Positions 9,256 through 19,473 of a DNA stretch of 64,000 nucleotides are shown piece by piece. The first letter of the stretch is position 1. The number at the start of each line of letters is the position of its first letter. The position numbers were made by a program, and so were the translations under genes. The notes under the pieces were generated by a model, which searched no databases, was not told the origin of the DNA, and saw only the letters and a program-made list of their open reading frames with translations. The DNA is from Eubacteriales bacterium (GTDB lineage Bacteria; Bacillota; Clostridia; Oscillospirales; CAG-382). The stretch is taken from positions 235,917 to 299,916 of the forward strand of contig JBMNMA010000001.1 of assembly GCA_050953105.1 (NCBI GenBank), given 5' to 3'.

Positions 9256-11389
9256 AAGAACTGCCGTTTTAATGGTTTTGATTATGTTTTCATTTTCCTT
9301 TATCCCCTCCCTTGCGTCGGGGGACGACATCACCGTTAATATTGCCTTAAACATGCCCTACACCGTGGAATACGGCGCATCGGTGGTATATTCCTATTCC
9401 AATTTTACCGAATACGGTATAAAATACGATATCGACGACGGAAAATGCCTTACCGACGGCAAATTCGGCGGCGTTAACAGCAGCGGCGACGGTTATTACA
9501 CCGCTTTTAGAGGATATTCACGGCTTGTTTGCTTTGATTTCGGCAAGGAAATGAGAATTTCGGGGTTTAGCGGATCTTTCCTCCATTACAACGCCGGCAT
9601 ATATTCCCCCACGGTTTTAAATATTTATCTTTCCGCCGACGGGGAAAAATACGTAAAATGCGGCAGCCTTGATACACTTCCCATTTATTCAACCACACCC
9701 AAAAAGTATAAATACACCTTAAACTTTGACACCCCATACAAGGCCAGATATGTTAAAATCGAATTTACCTGTGAGGTATTTGTCTACTGCGATGAGATTG
9801 AAATCTATGGCGGAAACAACACTGCCGGCTGCCTTGATATTCCTCCCTACACCGAAATAGCCGATAAAGGGGTTTACCCTAAGTTTTCGGATAATATGAA
9901 TGGAGCCGGAAGTATAATTAAAATTTACGACGGCTATCTTCCCGACCAGGCAAAGGCAGACAACAGCAAGGACGAGCTTCTGCCCTATATAGCCTATCTT
10001 GACAAAAACGGGAACATATTGGACACCATGTTTGATTCTGTGGCCTTTGTCCCCTGCCACACCGACTACCCGTCGGGCGGAAGGCTGGTGTTAACCACCG
10101 GCAAGGACGGGGGGATAATGAGTGACTGGGAGCTTTATATATCCTCCACCTTTAAGGACGGTTATAATGTCAAGGCCCTTGAGCAGGCTGCCGGGGAGGT
10201 TAACGCCGCCCTTGGCACAAGCAAAAAGGTAAAGGTGTTTTTAACAATTCCCTACCCGGTTATGCAGGACAAACCCTTTGGGGACATTGACGGCGACGGC
10301 AGCGTGGAATACACACGCAATCTTGCCGAAAGGCTTGAGGTTATCAAGTGGTATGTGGATAAAGTGGTGGGTTTGTTTAATGACCAAAACTTCGCCAATC
10401 TTGAGCTTTGCGGATTTTACTGGTATAAGGAAACGATAGGCCATGAGGTTTCTGACCACGAGGGCGAGCTGATTGCTGGAACCAAAAGGTATATAACCGA
10501 AAAATACGGTAATCTGCGTATGCTGTTTGATGCCTATTATCTTTCGGCAGGTTTTGACACCTGGGGCAAATACGGCTTTGACGGGGCGGTTATGCAGCCC
10601 AATCTAGTTTTCAAAGACTACTTTAAAACCGAAATGTTAGGCGAGTTTACCGAACAGGTTAAAAAATTCGGCGTTGGAGTGGAAATCGAAACCGGCGAAC
10701 CGGGGAATTATAACAATGCCCAGAACATAAAGAAATACGGGGCAATTTACGAAAATTATTTGTTTTACGGAGCTAAATACGGATATATAGACGCTCTTCA
10801 GACTTTTTATCAAGGTGCTGGCCCGGGGGTGATATATAAGTTTTACACCTCTACCGACCCGTATATGAACCACCTGTATGAAAAAACATATAAGTTCATA
10901 AAGGGAATATACTCGTCATCACCCCCGGCAGTTTCTGCCGAAAGCATGACGGTGGAGGCAAACTCAAAACGCAACCGTATTGAACTTGCTATAAACACAG
11001 ACAGTTATTTGCCGTATAACACTATTTCCGCAAAGGCAGACAACGGAAGTGTATCGGTGCTGTCGTCAAGTAATCTGCTGTTTTACTCTCCGAATAACGG
11101 CTTTGAGGGAACCGACAATATAACCGTTACCGTAACCGACGCATTTAATCAAACTACCGAATATTCATTTACCGTTACGGTGGAAGGCGGCGGGTATAGC
11201 GGAGAGGAAAGCACTGATTTATCCGGCGATAGCAGCGAAAACGCTGAAAGCGGCGGAAATTCTCAAGAAGCCGAAAACGAAAAACCTAAAAAAGCTTTTC
11301 CCTTTTATGTTTTTGTGGTAGCCGTGACTATAGCCGCGGCAACGGGATTATTTATAGCACTTACAAGAACCAAAAAGAAAAGAATTTAG
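9248..11389 (+). CDS. Surface protein: signal peptide, F5/8-discoidin-like domain, DUF4855-like glycoside hydrolase-like domain, Ig-like domain, C-terminal TM anchor
   Basis: LTDG/DFG/ARYVKIEF/EIEIYG discoidin motifs; PYIAYLD..DTMFDSVAF, GFYWYKE, GFDGAVMQPN; C-terminal hydrophobic helix plus RTKKKRI. Confidence 0.72.
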   Translation: MIKRTAVLMVLIMFSFSFIPSLASGDDITVNIALNMPYTVEYGASVVYSYSNFTEYGIKYDIDDGKCLTDGKFGGVNSSGDGYYTAFRGYSRLVCFDFGKEMRISGFSGSFLHYNAGIYSPTVLNIYLSADGEKYVKCGSLDTLPIYSTTPKKYKYTLNFDTPYKARYVKIEFTCEVFVYCDEIEIYGGNNTAGCLDIPPYTEIADKGVYPKFSDNMNGAGSIIKIYDGYLPDQAKADNSKDELLPYIAYLDKNGNILDTMFDSVAFVPCHTDYPSGGRLVLTTGKDGGIMSDWELYISSTFKDGYNVKALEQAAGEVNAALGTSKKVKVFLTIPYPVMQDKPFGDIDGDGSVEYTRNLAERLEVIKWYVDKVVGLFNDQNFANLELCGFYWYKETIGHEVSDHEGELIAGTKRYITEKYGNLRMLFDAYYLSAGFDTWGKYGFDGAVMQPNLVFKDYFKTEMLGEFTEQVKKFGVGVEIETGEPGNYNNAQNIKKYGAIYENYLFYGAKYGYIDALQTFYQGAGPGVIYKFYTSTDPYMNHLYEKTYKFIKGIYSSSPPAVSAESMTVEANSKRNRIELAINTDSYLPYNTISAKADNGSVSVLSSSNLLFYSPNNGFEGTDNITVTVTDAFNQTTEYSFTVTVEGGGYSGEESTDLSGDSSENAESGGNSQEAENEKPKKAFPFYVFVVAVTIAAATGLFIALTRTKKKRI

Positions 11390-11422
11390 GCAAAACGAAT
11401 AATTTTTATAATAAATGTATAT

Positions 11423-11462
11423 ATCAAAATCACGGCGGTATTTGGCCGTGATTTTGATTTTT
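11423..11462 (+). terminator. Intrinsic terminator
   Basis: ATCAAAATCACGGC...GCCGTGATTTTGAT inverted repeat plus T tract. Confidence 0.7.
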
Positions 11463-11542
11463 CATGCAACAAAACACAAAAAAATGTCGATTTTTTAATT
11501 AAAATCCCAGGCTTAATACCCTTTTCCTGCAGTTTTTTAGAC

Positions 11543-11570
11543 TTGACATTTCATAAATTTATGTTAAAAT
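11543..11570 (+). promoter_or_regulatory. sigma-A promoter of the cmk operon
   Basis: TTGACA-16 nt-TAAAAT with TG extended -10. Confidence 0.6.
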
Positions 11571-11608
11571 ATAAATTGTTATACTATTGGAATTTTCGGA
11601 GGCTGACT

Positions 11609-12319
11609 GTGAAAGGTCATATAAATATCGCCATAGACGGCCCCAGCGGATCGGGCAAGTCGACGCTGGCAAAAAATCTTGCAAAGCGGTTCGGACTTGT
11701 ATATATAGACACCGGTTCCCTTTACCGCACCGTCGGCCTTTATGTAAAGGAACAAGGGGTTTTGCCCTCTGACCGTGAAGGCATTGCCGACTGCCTTAAA
11801 ACAATTGACATAAAAATGACCCTTGAAAATGGAGGGAACGTGGTTTACCTTAACGGCAGGCGGATAGGGGACGAAATAAGAACCCCCGAAGCGTCGTATT
11901 ACGCCTCAGAGGTTTCAAAAATTCCCGAAGTCAGGCAGTTTTTGCTTGACGTACAAAAGGAAACGGCAAAAAACAACGACTGCGTTATGGACGGACGGGA
12001 TATAGGCACCGTCATTATGCCAAACGCCGACGTTAAAATATTCCTCTGCGCCTCAGGCGAGGACAGGGCGCTAAGACGTTACAACGAGCTTGTTTCCCGA
12101 GGGGAAAAGGTTACCTATGAGGACATTTTAAAGGATATGGCCTGGCGGGACAACAACGACAAAGACAGGGATATTGCCCCCGCCGTTCCGGCACCCGACG
12201 CTGTAATTTTAAACAACAGCGGCTTTGAGGAGTCCCAAACCCTTGAAAAAGCCGTACAGATAATAGAAGAAACTTTAAAGAGCAAAAGCAGGCAGGACAC
12301 AGGGAAAGAAGGATTATAA
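11609..12319 (+). CDS. cmk: Cytidylate kinase
   Basis: [31 protein letters not shown]; GTG start after GGAGG. Confidence 0.95.
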   Translation: MKGHINIAIDGPSGSGKSTLAKNLAKRFGLVYIDTGSLYRTVGLYVKEQGVLPSDREGIADCLKTIDIKMTLENGGNVVYLNGRRIGDEIRTPEASYYASEVSKIPEVRQFLLDVQKETAKNNDCVMDGRDIGTVIMPNADVKIFLCASGEDRALRRYNELVSRGEKVTYEDILKDMAWRDNNDKDRDIAPAVPAPDAVILNNSGFEESQTLEKAVQIIEETLKSKSRQDTGKEGL

Positions 12320-12320
12320 A

Positions 12321-13103
12321 ATGATACAAAACGGCCTTCAATACCATATAAACTGCTGTCCGGGGGATGTGGGGGAATATGTTCTCCTCCCCGGTGACCC
12401 GGGAAGGTGCGAAAAAATTGCGTCTTATTTCGATAGAGCGAAATTTGTCGCCGCCAACCGGGAATTTGTTACATATACAGGTTATCTTGAAGGCGTAAAG
12501 GTAAGCGTGGTTTCCACCGGCATAGGCGGCCCGTCGGCGGCCATAGCCATGGAGGAGCTTGCCAACATAGGCGCAAAGCAGTTTATTCGGGTAGGCACCT
12601 GCGGAGGTATCAACACAAAGGTAAAGGCCGGGGATATTGTCATTGCCATGTCCGCCGTTAGGCAGGACGGCACCAGCTACGAATACGCTCCCGAGGGCTA
12701 CCCCGCCACAGCCGACTTTGATATTACCCTTGCCTTATATGAAGCGGCAAAAAGTCTGGGACTTGCGGACAAAACCCATATAGGGGTGGTGCAGGCAAAG
12801 GATTCCTTCTACGGCCAGCATTCCCCCGAAAGGATGCCGGTTTCGGAAAACCTTGTGGCAAAATGGAAGGCATATAAACAGCTTGGTGTCCTTGCCAGCG
12901 AAATGGAATCGGCGGCTTTGTTTACCGTCGCCGCCTCGAGGGGCCTTAAATGCGGCGGAATATTTTTGTCGGTATGGAACCAGGAACGGCAAAATGCCGG
13001 TTTTGAAGAAAACGAAGTTCACGATACAAGCGAAATTATAAATTGCGCCACAGAGGCTTTTCGCCTTATTATTCGTGGCCAAAAGGCAAATAATAATACA
13101 TAA
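12321..13103 (+). CDS. udp: Uridine phosphorylase
   Basis: [37 protein letters not shown]. Confidence 0.92.
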   Translation: MIQNGLQYHINCCPGDVGEYVLLPGDPGRCEKIASYFDRAKFVAANREFVTYTGYLEGVKVSVVSTGIGGPSAAIAMEELANIGAKQFIRVGTCGGINTKVKAGDIVIAMSAVRQDGTSYEYAPEGYPATADFDITLALYEAAKSLGLADKTHIGVVQAKDSFYGQHSPERMPVSENLVAKWKAYKQLGVLASEMESAALFTVAASRGLKCGGIFLSVWNQERQNAGFEENEVHDTSEIINCATEAFRLIIRGQKANNNT

Positions 13104-13116
13104 GGGCGGTGGAGTT

Positions 13117-13731
13117 TTGAGTTTATACGGATTTGTTAAAAAGGCATTCAAATACCCCATTTTACTCCTCTACCGGGTGAAAATAGTGGGTAAGGAAAAC
13201 GAACCCGACCTTCCTTATATAATCTGCGCCAACCATTCGTCATTTATGGATCCGGTGCTTATTACCGTGGCGGTAAAGGCAAAACCCATTTGGATAGGCA
13301 AAAAGGAGCTGCTTAAATATTCCTTTTTACGGTGGGTGTTTAAAAAAACCGGCTCCATTGCCATAAACCGTGAGGGCTTTGACACGTCTGCCCTTCGCCA
13401 ATGCATAAGCGTGGTCAAGGAGGGCAACTGCCTGGGCATCTTCCCCCAGGGAACACGGCTTAGGGGCATAAAGCCCGAACCCGACCAGGCCCATGCCGGA
13501 CTTGCCTTTATTGCGGGCATGACAAAGGCTACGGTGCTGCCGGTTTCGATTGTATCCAAACGCCTGCAGCCGAAAATTTTAAGAAAAACCAAAATCATAT
13601 TCCACAAGCCGGTTACCTATGAGGAGTACATGGGCATTGCCGAAAACCCCACCAAGCAGGAGATTGCCGGCTACCTTTTCGGAAAGGTGTGCGAACCGTT
13701 TAACGGCGAAAACGGCAAAAAAAGCAAATGA
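13117..13731 (+). CDS. plsC: 1-acyl-sn-glycerol-3-phosphate acyltransferase
   Basis: ANHSSFMD (HX4D) and IFPQGTR; probable TTG start at 13117. Confidence 0.9.
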   Translation: MSLYGFVKKAFKYPILLLYRVKIVGKENEPDLPYIICANHSSFMDPVLITVAVKAKPIWIGKKELLKYSFLRWVFKKTGSIAINREGFDTSALRQCISVVKEGNCLGIFPQGTRLRGIKPEPDQAHAGLAFIAGMTKATVLPVSIVSKRLQPKILRKTKIIFHKPVTYEEYMGIAENPTKQEIAGYLFGKVCEPFNGENGKKSK

Positions 13732-15725
13732 CCGAAATTATTGTCGCCCAAAATGCGGGATTCTGCCCCGGCGTCAGGCGTGCCGTAAATATGCTTGAGG
13801 AAGAGCTTGACAAAGGCAATAATGTCTTTTGCCTGGGAGAGCTTATCCACAACAAATCCTTTAACGAAGATTTAAAAAGGCGGGGAGTAAAATTTATAAC
13901 CCCCGAAGAGATAGACGCCATTCCCCAAGGGGCAACAGTGTTTATCCGCACCCACGGCGAGGAAAAAGACGTTTATAAACGACTAAATGACCGTGGGCTT
14001 AAATATATTGATGCCACATGTCCCTATGTTCTGAAAATCCATAAAATAGTCGAAGACCAGTCTCAAGACGGCAGTGTATGCGTTATTTTAGGGGATAAAA
14101 ACCACCCGGAAGTTAAGGGGATAATGTCCTTTGCCGGCGGCGAATGCCATGTCTTTGCTGACCCTGATGAAGCTTTTGAGTTTGTAAAGCTGGCCAAGGC
14201 CGGTGGGAAGGAGCTTTTTGCCGTTTCCCAGACCACCCTTAACACGGCAAAGTGGAAAGAATTTGAGAAAAATTTCAAAACCCTATATACAAATGATAAA
14301 ATTTTTGATACAATATGCTCTGTTACCGAAATCCGTCAAAGGGAGGCTTTTGAAATTTCATCAAAGGCAGACATGGTGGCGGTGGTGGGAAGCAAGGGAT
14401 CGTCAAACACCGAAAAGCTGTTTGAAATTGCGTCAAAAAACTGTAAAGACACAATCTTTATAGAAAACGCAGCTGGCCTTGCCCCATATTCGGACAAAAT
14501 AAAACAACACCAAAAAATAGCAATAATTGCCGGCGCCTCAACACCCGGCGTTATAATACAGGAGGTAAAACAAACCATGACAGAAACCGCCAATCAGGAG
14601 CTCAGCTTTGCGGAACTTTTGGACAAGTCTTTTAAAACATTAAATATAGGGGAAAGGGTAACGGGGACCATTCTTGCGGTTACGCCGGCTGAAATAAAGG
14701 TCGATCTGGGAACCAAGCATACGGGTATTCTCCCGGCGGACGAGATTTCGGCAGACGGCGAAACGGATATAAGCTCCTTCCGTGTAGGTGACCCGATTGA
14801 TGCGGTTTGCACCAAGTTTTCCGAAGCCGAAGGCACCGTTATGCTGTCGAAAAAACGCCTTGACGAAGCCAAGAACATAGGCAAGATTTCCGAGGCTTTT
14901 GAAACCGGCGAAATCCTCTACGGCACAGTTAAAGAAACCATCAAGGCCGGAGTCATCGTATTTGTCAAGGGCATAAGGGTATTTGTCCCTGCCGGACAGT
15001 GCGGCACCGACGTAAACAACCTTGATTCCCTTAGGGGCCAGAAAGTGCCGGTTAAGATAATCGACTACAATGCAGCCAAAAAGAAGGTTGTAGGTTCTAT
15101 CCGCACGGCCAAGAAGATTGAAAGGAAAAAAGCCCTTGACGACTTCTACGCCACCCTTGAGGTAGGCAAAAAGCTTACCGGAACCGTTCGTTCTGTCACC
15201 AACTACGGCGCCTTTGTTAACATAGGCCCCACCGACGGTATGATTCACGTTTCGGAAATGTTCTGGGGAAGACTCCGCAACCCTGCCGAGATGTTTAAGA
15301 TAGGTGACAAGGTTGAAGTGTTCATTAAGGATTTCGACCGGGAAAAAGAACGCATATCCCTTGGCTACAAGACCGATGAAAACAACCCCTGGAATATATT
15401 CAAATCCAAATACAACGTAGGCGACGTGGTAGAGGTTACCGTTGTCAGCCTTATGCCCTTTGGCGCCTTTGCCGAAATTATTCCCGGCGTTGACGGACTT
15501 ATTCACTGCTCGCAGATCGGACGCAAATTCGTCCCCAATCCCGCGTCGGTGCTTAAGGTAGGCGAAAAGGTTAATGCCAAAATCACCGCCATTGACGAAG
15601 AAAAGAACAGGGTAAGCCTTTCCATGAAAGCCCTTCTCGATCCCGATGAGGCCACCGAGGAGGATATAGCCGCCGCAAATGCCTTAGGCGCAAACGAAAA
15701 CAATAACGAAAACCCCCAGGCATAA
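13728..15725 (+). CDS. ispH: Bifunctional IspH (HMBPP reductase) / ribosomal protein S1 fusion
   Basis: AGFCPGVRRA, DATCPYV, DTICSVT and AGASTP, followed by four S1 domains (YGAFVNIG..DGMIHVSE). Confidence 0.95.
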   Translation: MTEIIVAQNAGFCPGVRRAVNMLEEELDKGNNVFCLGELIHNKSFNEDLKRRGVKFITPEEIDAIPQGATVFIRTHGEEKDVYKRLNDRGLKYIDATCPYVLKIHKIVEDQSQDGSVCVILGDKNHPEVKGIMSFAGGECHVFADPDEAFEFVKLAKAGGKELFAVSQTTLNTAKWKEFEKNFKTLYTNDKIFDTICSVTEIRQREAFEISSKADMVAVVGSKGSSNTEKLFEIASKNCKDTIFIENAAGLAPYSDKIKQHQKIAIIAGASTPGVIIQEVKQTMTETANQELSFAELLDKSFKTLNIGERVTGTILAVTPAEIKVDLGTKHTGILPADEISADGETDISSFRVGDPIDAVCTKFSEAEGTVMLSKKRLDEAKNIGKISEAFETGEILYGTVKETIKAGVIVFVKGIRVFVPAGQCGTDVNNLDSLRGQKVPVKIIDYNAAKKKVVGSIRTAKKIERKKALDDFYATLEVGKKLTGTVRSVTNYGAFVNIGPTDGMIHVSEMFWGRLRNPAEMFKIGDKVEVFIKDFDREKERISLGYKTDENNPWNIFKSKYNVGDVVEVTVVSLMPFGAFAEIIPGVDGLIHCSQIGRKFVPNPASVLKVGEKVNAKITAIDEEKNRVSLSMKALLDPDEATEEDIAAANALGANENNNENPQA

Positions 15726-15737
15726 ATAAGTAAATAA

Positions 15738-15775
15738 AAGAGCGCTTTTATCACCTAAAGCGCTCTTATATTTCT
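15738..15775 (+). terminator. Intrinsic terminator
   Basis: AAGAGCGCTTT...AAAGCGCTCTT inverted repeat. Confidence 0.7.
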
Positions 15776-15800
15776 TATTCTGTTTTACGGTAATAAAAAA

Positions 15801-16008
15801 CCCCGCCATGGCCGTGATTCCCGAATAACGAAACCCTGCCCAAGCAGGTCGGTGCGCTCTCCGTTGCTTTGTGCTTCCAACATCTCCATACAGGGTGCGC
15901 CCGAGGGCATGTCAGCCCGTATGGAGGAGGCCTGCATTCCTACAAACGGAATCTGCGCTCCTATTCGTATATGTGGGTTTATACTCGGAAATACACGCAC
16001 CGGGCAGG
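15801..16008 (-). ncRNA. ssrS: 6S RNA
   Basis: Minus strand folds as a rod: 5' CCUGCC..CGUG..AUUUCCGAGUA pairs with 3' UAUUCGGGAAU..CACG..GGCGGG, with a central bubble, inner stem CUCCAUACGGG/CCUGUAUGGAG and a Firmicutes 6S-like 3' segment GAGCGCACCGACCUGC..GCAGGGUUUC. Confidence 0.85.
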
Positions 16009-16105
16009 AAGTTTTATTTCTGCTTTTGTGCGTAAAGAGTCAGTTGCGTTGCTGCCAACAGATGCCTGTATTACAGTTTATGCAAAAGACTAAAAAATTG
16101 ACAAT

Positions 16106-16414
16106 TTATTCGTCCTCTTCTTCGCCTTCTTCTTCGTCGTAGGCTTCGTCAAGGTCGAGATCGGTCATAAATTCGTTTTCAAAAGCCTCTGCGACTTTGT
16201 CGAATTCATCGTCGTCATCTATGGTTGCCAGGGTTTCTTCGCCGTTTTCGTCGGTTTCTACCCGAAGGATAACATACTCGTCATTTTCGTTTTCCACCGG
16301 CTCAAGGGCCACATAGGTTTTACCGTCAACTGCAAGGTCGCCGATAACGTAAAAATCGGTTTCGTTTCCTTCTTCGTCGGTAAGGGTTATAATTTGTTCG
16401 TTGTTGTCGGTCAT
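16106..16414 (-). CDS. DUF1292-family acidic protein
   Basis: IITLTDEEGNETDF..DGKTYVAL..LATIDDDDEFDKVAEAF. Confidence 0.85.
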   Translation of the reverse strand: MTDNNEQIITLTDEEGNETDFYVIGDLAVDGKTYVALEPVENENDEYVILRVETDENGEETLATIDDDDEFDKVAEAFENEFMTDLDLDEAYDEEEGEEEDE

Positions 16415-16458
16415 ATTATCCTCCGTCTGATAATAAATTCTGTCTTACCTGCATGGGT

Positions 16459-16487
16459 ATTCTAACATACCATTTACCCAATGTCAA
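16459..16487 (-). promoter_or_regulatory. sigma-A promoter for the DUF1292 gene (may read through into 6S RNA)
   Basis: Minus strand TTGACA-17 nt-TAGAAT with TG extension. Confidence 0.65.
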
Positions 16488-16744
16488 GCGTTTTATACAT
16501 GCGGCAGTTTTTTCCGTTGACATAATACCAAATACTTTTCCCAGACACCCCAATTATTGGCTTTAATAGTCAAAAATCTACAAATAAAATAATGAATTTT
16601 TGGTAAAATCTTCAGTTATTACTTGAAAAAAATAAATAAATACTGTATTATTATTAATTGGTATAGTTTATAAAAGGAAAGTCCGGCTTGTTAAAGACGC
16701 CGTCAGATAGCAATAAGGATAACAAGGAAAGGAAGAGTCATAAA

Positions 16745-17830
16745 ATGTCCAACAAATTATTTCAGGGACTAATTTATCAGATGAAGGACTCCACAGACAG
16801 AATGATCGGTGTGGTGGACGAAAAGGGAACGGTGGTTGCCTGCTCCAGCCTTTCGCACATAGGGGAAATAAGAACCGAGGTGGCGGATGAAATTTCCTAC
16901 ACCTTTGACACCTTTATATTAAACGGCTTTACCTACAAGGCAATCGGTTCCCACACCCGTGCCGAATATATTGCCTTTGCCGAAGGCACCGACGAGGTAA
17001 GCAAATCCCTTGCCTCTATAATTTCGGTTTCCTTAACCAACCTTAAAACCCTTTATGACGAAAAATACGACAAAGCTAACTTCATTAAAAACATAATCCT
17101 TGACAACATACTGCCGGGGGATATTTACATCAAGGCCAAGGAGCTTCGCTTTGACAGCGAGGTAAACCGGGTTGTTTATCTTATACGCTTCTTAAACAAG
17201 GGCGACGTGGTTCCCTACGACGTCATTCAAAACCTCTTCCCCGACAAAACCAGAGATTATGTCATATCGGTTAGCGAAAGCGACATTGTCCTTGTCAAGG
17301 AGCTTAAGACGGCGGCGGAAAACAAGTCTATAGAAAGCTTTGCCAAGTCCATTGCCGACACGGCGTCGAGTGAATTTTACTACCGCACGGTTATCGGCAT
17401 AGGTTCGGTGGTTCAAAGCATCAAGGAACTGGCGAGATCTTACAAGGACGCTCAGGTAGCCCTTGAGGTTGGCAAGGTTTTCGGTTCCGAAAAGAATATA
17501 ATCAACTATGAAAATCTGGGTATCGGGCGGCTTATTTATCAGCTCCCCACCACCCTTTGCGAAATGTTTTTACAGGAAGTTTTCAAAAGAGGCTCCCTTG
17601 AATCACTTGACCGTGAAACTTTAATGACCATTCAAGCGTTCTTTGATAATAACCTGAATGTTTCCGAAACCAGCCGCAAGCTGTTTGTCCACCGCAACAC
17701 CCTGGTTTACAGACTTGAAAAAATCAAAAAGCTGACGGGCCTGGATCTTCGTGAATTTGACCATGCCATCACCTTTAAGGTGGCCCTTATGGTTAAAAAG
17801 TATATCGCATCCAAACCCACCATGTATTAA
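16745..17830 (+). CDS. CdaR/PucR-family transcriptional regulator
   Basis: C-terminal NLNVSETSRKLFVHRNTLVYRLEKI HTH; position upstream of ftsE is usual in Clostridia. Confidence 0.9.
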   Translation: MSNKLFQGLIYQMKDSTDRMIGVVDEKGTVVACSSLSHIGEIRTEVADEISYTFDTFILNGFTYKAIGSHTRAEYIAFAEGTDEVSKSLASIISVSLTNLKTLYDEKYDKANFIKNIILDNILPGDIYIKAKELRFDSEVNRVVYLIRFLNKGDVVPYDVIQNLFPDKTRDYVISVSESDIVLVKELKTAAENKSIESFAKSIADTASSEFYYRTVIGIGSVVQSIKELARSYKDAQVALEVGKVFGSEKNIINYENLGIGRLIYQLPTTLCEMFLQEVFKRGSLESLDRETLMTIQAFFDNNLNVSETSRKLFVHRNTLVYRLEKIKKLTGLDLREFDHAITFKVALMVKKYIASKPTMY

Positions 17831-17846
17831 AAGTTAGGAACAGAAA

Positions 17847-18533
17847 ATGATTACCTTCCAGAATGTTTCGATGGTTTATCCCAACGGGACTGTGGCTTTA
17901 CGCAACGTTAATCTTAAGATTAACGACGGAGAGTTTGTGTTCATAGTGGGAAAATCCGGTGCCGGAAAAACCACCCTCACCAAGCTGCTTATGGGGGAGG
18001 AACGGATAACCGGCGGTCAGCTTCATGCCGGTAAATTCAAGCTTGAAAAGCTCCCTAAATGGAAAATACCCTACCTTCGCCGCACCATGGGTGTGGTGTT
18101 TCAGGATTTCAGACTCTTCCCCAACAAAACCGTATATGAAAACATTGCCTTTGCCCTTAGGGTTATAGGGGAAAAGCCGTCGGTTATACGCAAAAGGGTT
18201 CCCATATTTTTAAACCTTGTGGAGCTTACCGACAAGGCCGACCGGTATCCCGACGAGCTTTCCGGGGGCGAACAGCAGCGGGTAGCCTTTGCCCGGGCAC
18301 TGGTCAACAACCCCCAGGTGATTATCGCCGACGAACCCACCGGCAACGTTGACCCCGAAATGTCGAAGGAACTTATGGACCTTCTGGTGCGTATTAATAA
18401 TTTGGGGAAAACCGTAATCGTGGTAACCCATGAAAAGGATCTTGTAAACATGTATAAAAAGCGGGTCGTAACCATCCGCGACGGCGAAATAGTGTCCGAC
18501 AGGGCGGGAGGCTATGACGATGAAACTGTTTAG
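17847..18533 (+). CDS. ftsE: Cell division ABC ATPase FtsE
   Basis: GKSGAGKTT, VVFQDFRL, LSGGEQQRV, ADEPTGNVD. Confidence 0.95.
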   Translation: MITFQNVSMVYPNGTVALRNVNLKINDGEFVFIVGKSGAGKTTLTKLLMGEERITGGQLHAGKFKLEKLPKWKIPYLRRTMGVVFQDFRLFPNKTVYENIAFALRVIGEKPSVIRKRVPIFLNLVELTDKADRYPDELSGGEQQRVAFARALVNNPQVIIADEPTGNVDPEMSKELMDLLVRINNLGKTVIVVTHEKDLVNMYKKRVVTIRDGEIVSDRAGGYDDETV

Positions 18534-19416
18534 GAACTTTTTTTATCTTCTCGGTCAGGGTATTATCGGGATTTTCCGTAACTCCATAATGTCCACCGCT
18601 TCAATCCTTGTCCTTATCTGCTGCATGCTTATTGTAGGCACCTTCGGTCTTATCGTTAAGGCAGTGGATGACAACCTTGAAAGAACCAATGACCTGAACG
18701 TTATTGTGGCCTTTATTTCCCCTTCCGCCACCGATGAAGATATTTCAAAAACAAAAGCCGAAATCGAAGCCTACCACACCGGCATAACGGTAACATATAT
18801 AGACAAAGAAACCGGTCTTTCAAGGCTTGAAGAAGAAATGGGAAGCGCGATAGATCTTAGCGAATACGCCAACGGCGAACGTCCCAACCCCCTTCCCGAC
18901 GCCTTTGAAATAACCTTTGAAAACGCCGAAGGCGCAGAGGCGCTTAATAATTTTATAAACAATCTTGAAAACATAACCGACACCCGGCACAGGATAGGCC
19001 TTGTTGACCGGGTAGATGATGCCTCCAAGGGACTTATGGCAATAGCCGTTGTTTTAATGGGAATGCTGTTTATAGTGGCGCTGTTTGTTATTATGAACAC
19101 CATTAAGCTTGGTGTCTTTGCACGGCGGGATGAAATTGCCGTTATGCGTTACGTTGGTGCCACCAACGCCTTTATAGTCACCCCCTATATAATTGAGGGG
19201 GTTATAATAGGCATTTTTTCTGCCGCCGTCGCTTTCGGCATTCAGTATTATCTTTACACCAAGGTTATTGCCGATATTGTGGTTTCATCCGGAATTGGCA
19301 CCGTTGCCCCCTTCGGTGAAATCGCAGTTATGGTAGCCGCCGGCTTTTTAGGTCTTGGCCTGTTTGCCGGAACGGTGGGATCGGCAGTTTCGATAAAGAA
19401 GTATTTAGGCCAATAA
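18520..19416 (+). CDS. ftsX: Cell division permease FtsX
   Basis: NPLPDAF, NTIKLGVFARRDEIAVMRYVGAT, four TM segments. Confidence 0.93.
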   Translation: MKLFRNFFYLLGQGIIGIFRNSIMSTASILVLICCMLIVGTFGLIVKAVDDNLERTNDLNVIVAFISPSATDEDISKTKAEIEAYHTGITVTYIDKETGLSRLEEEMGSAIDLSEYANGERPNPLPDAFEITFENAEGAEALNNFINNLENITDTRHRIGLVDRVDDASKGLMAIAVVLMGMLFIVALFVIMNTIKLGVFARRDEIAVMRYVGATNAFIVTPYIIEGVIIGIFSAAVAFGIQYYLYTKVIADIVVSSGIGTVAPFGEIAVMVAAGFLGLGLFAGTVGSAVSIKKYLGQ

Positions 19417-19473
19417 AGTGAAATATATCCCCTGCGGGATAATTCTACTGCTTTTTTGAAAGGAAACAGAAAA

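Noticed and set aside
14640-15506. Long antisense ORFs (288 aa here; also 3711-4451 and 35200-36054)
   Set aside because: Shadows of conserved sense genes with biased codon usage; no independent coding signals
13728-15725. IspH-S1 fusion as a novelty
   Set aside because: Well-known fusion in Clostridia
15785-16142. Three short ORFs (71-96 aa) in the ORF track
   Set aside because: They overlap the 6S RNA structure, lack RBSs and have no recognisable protein features
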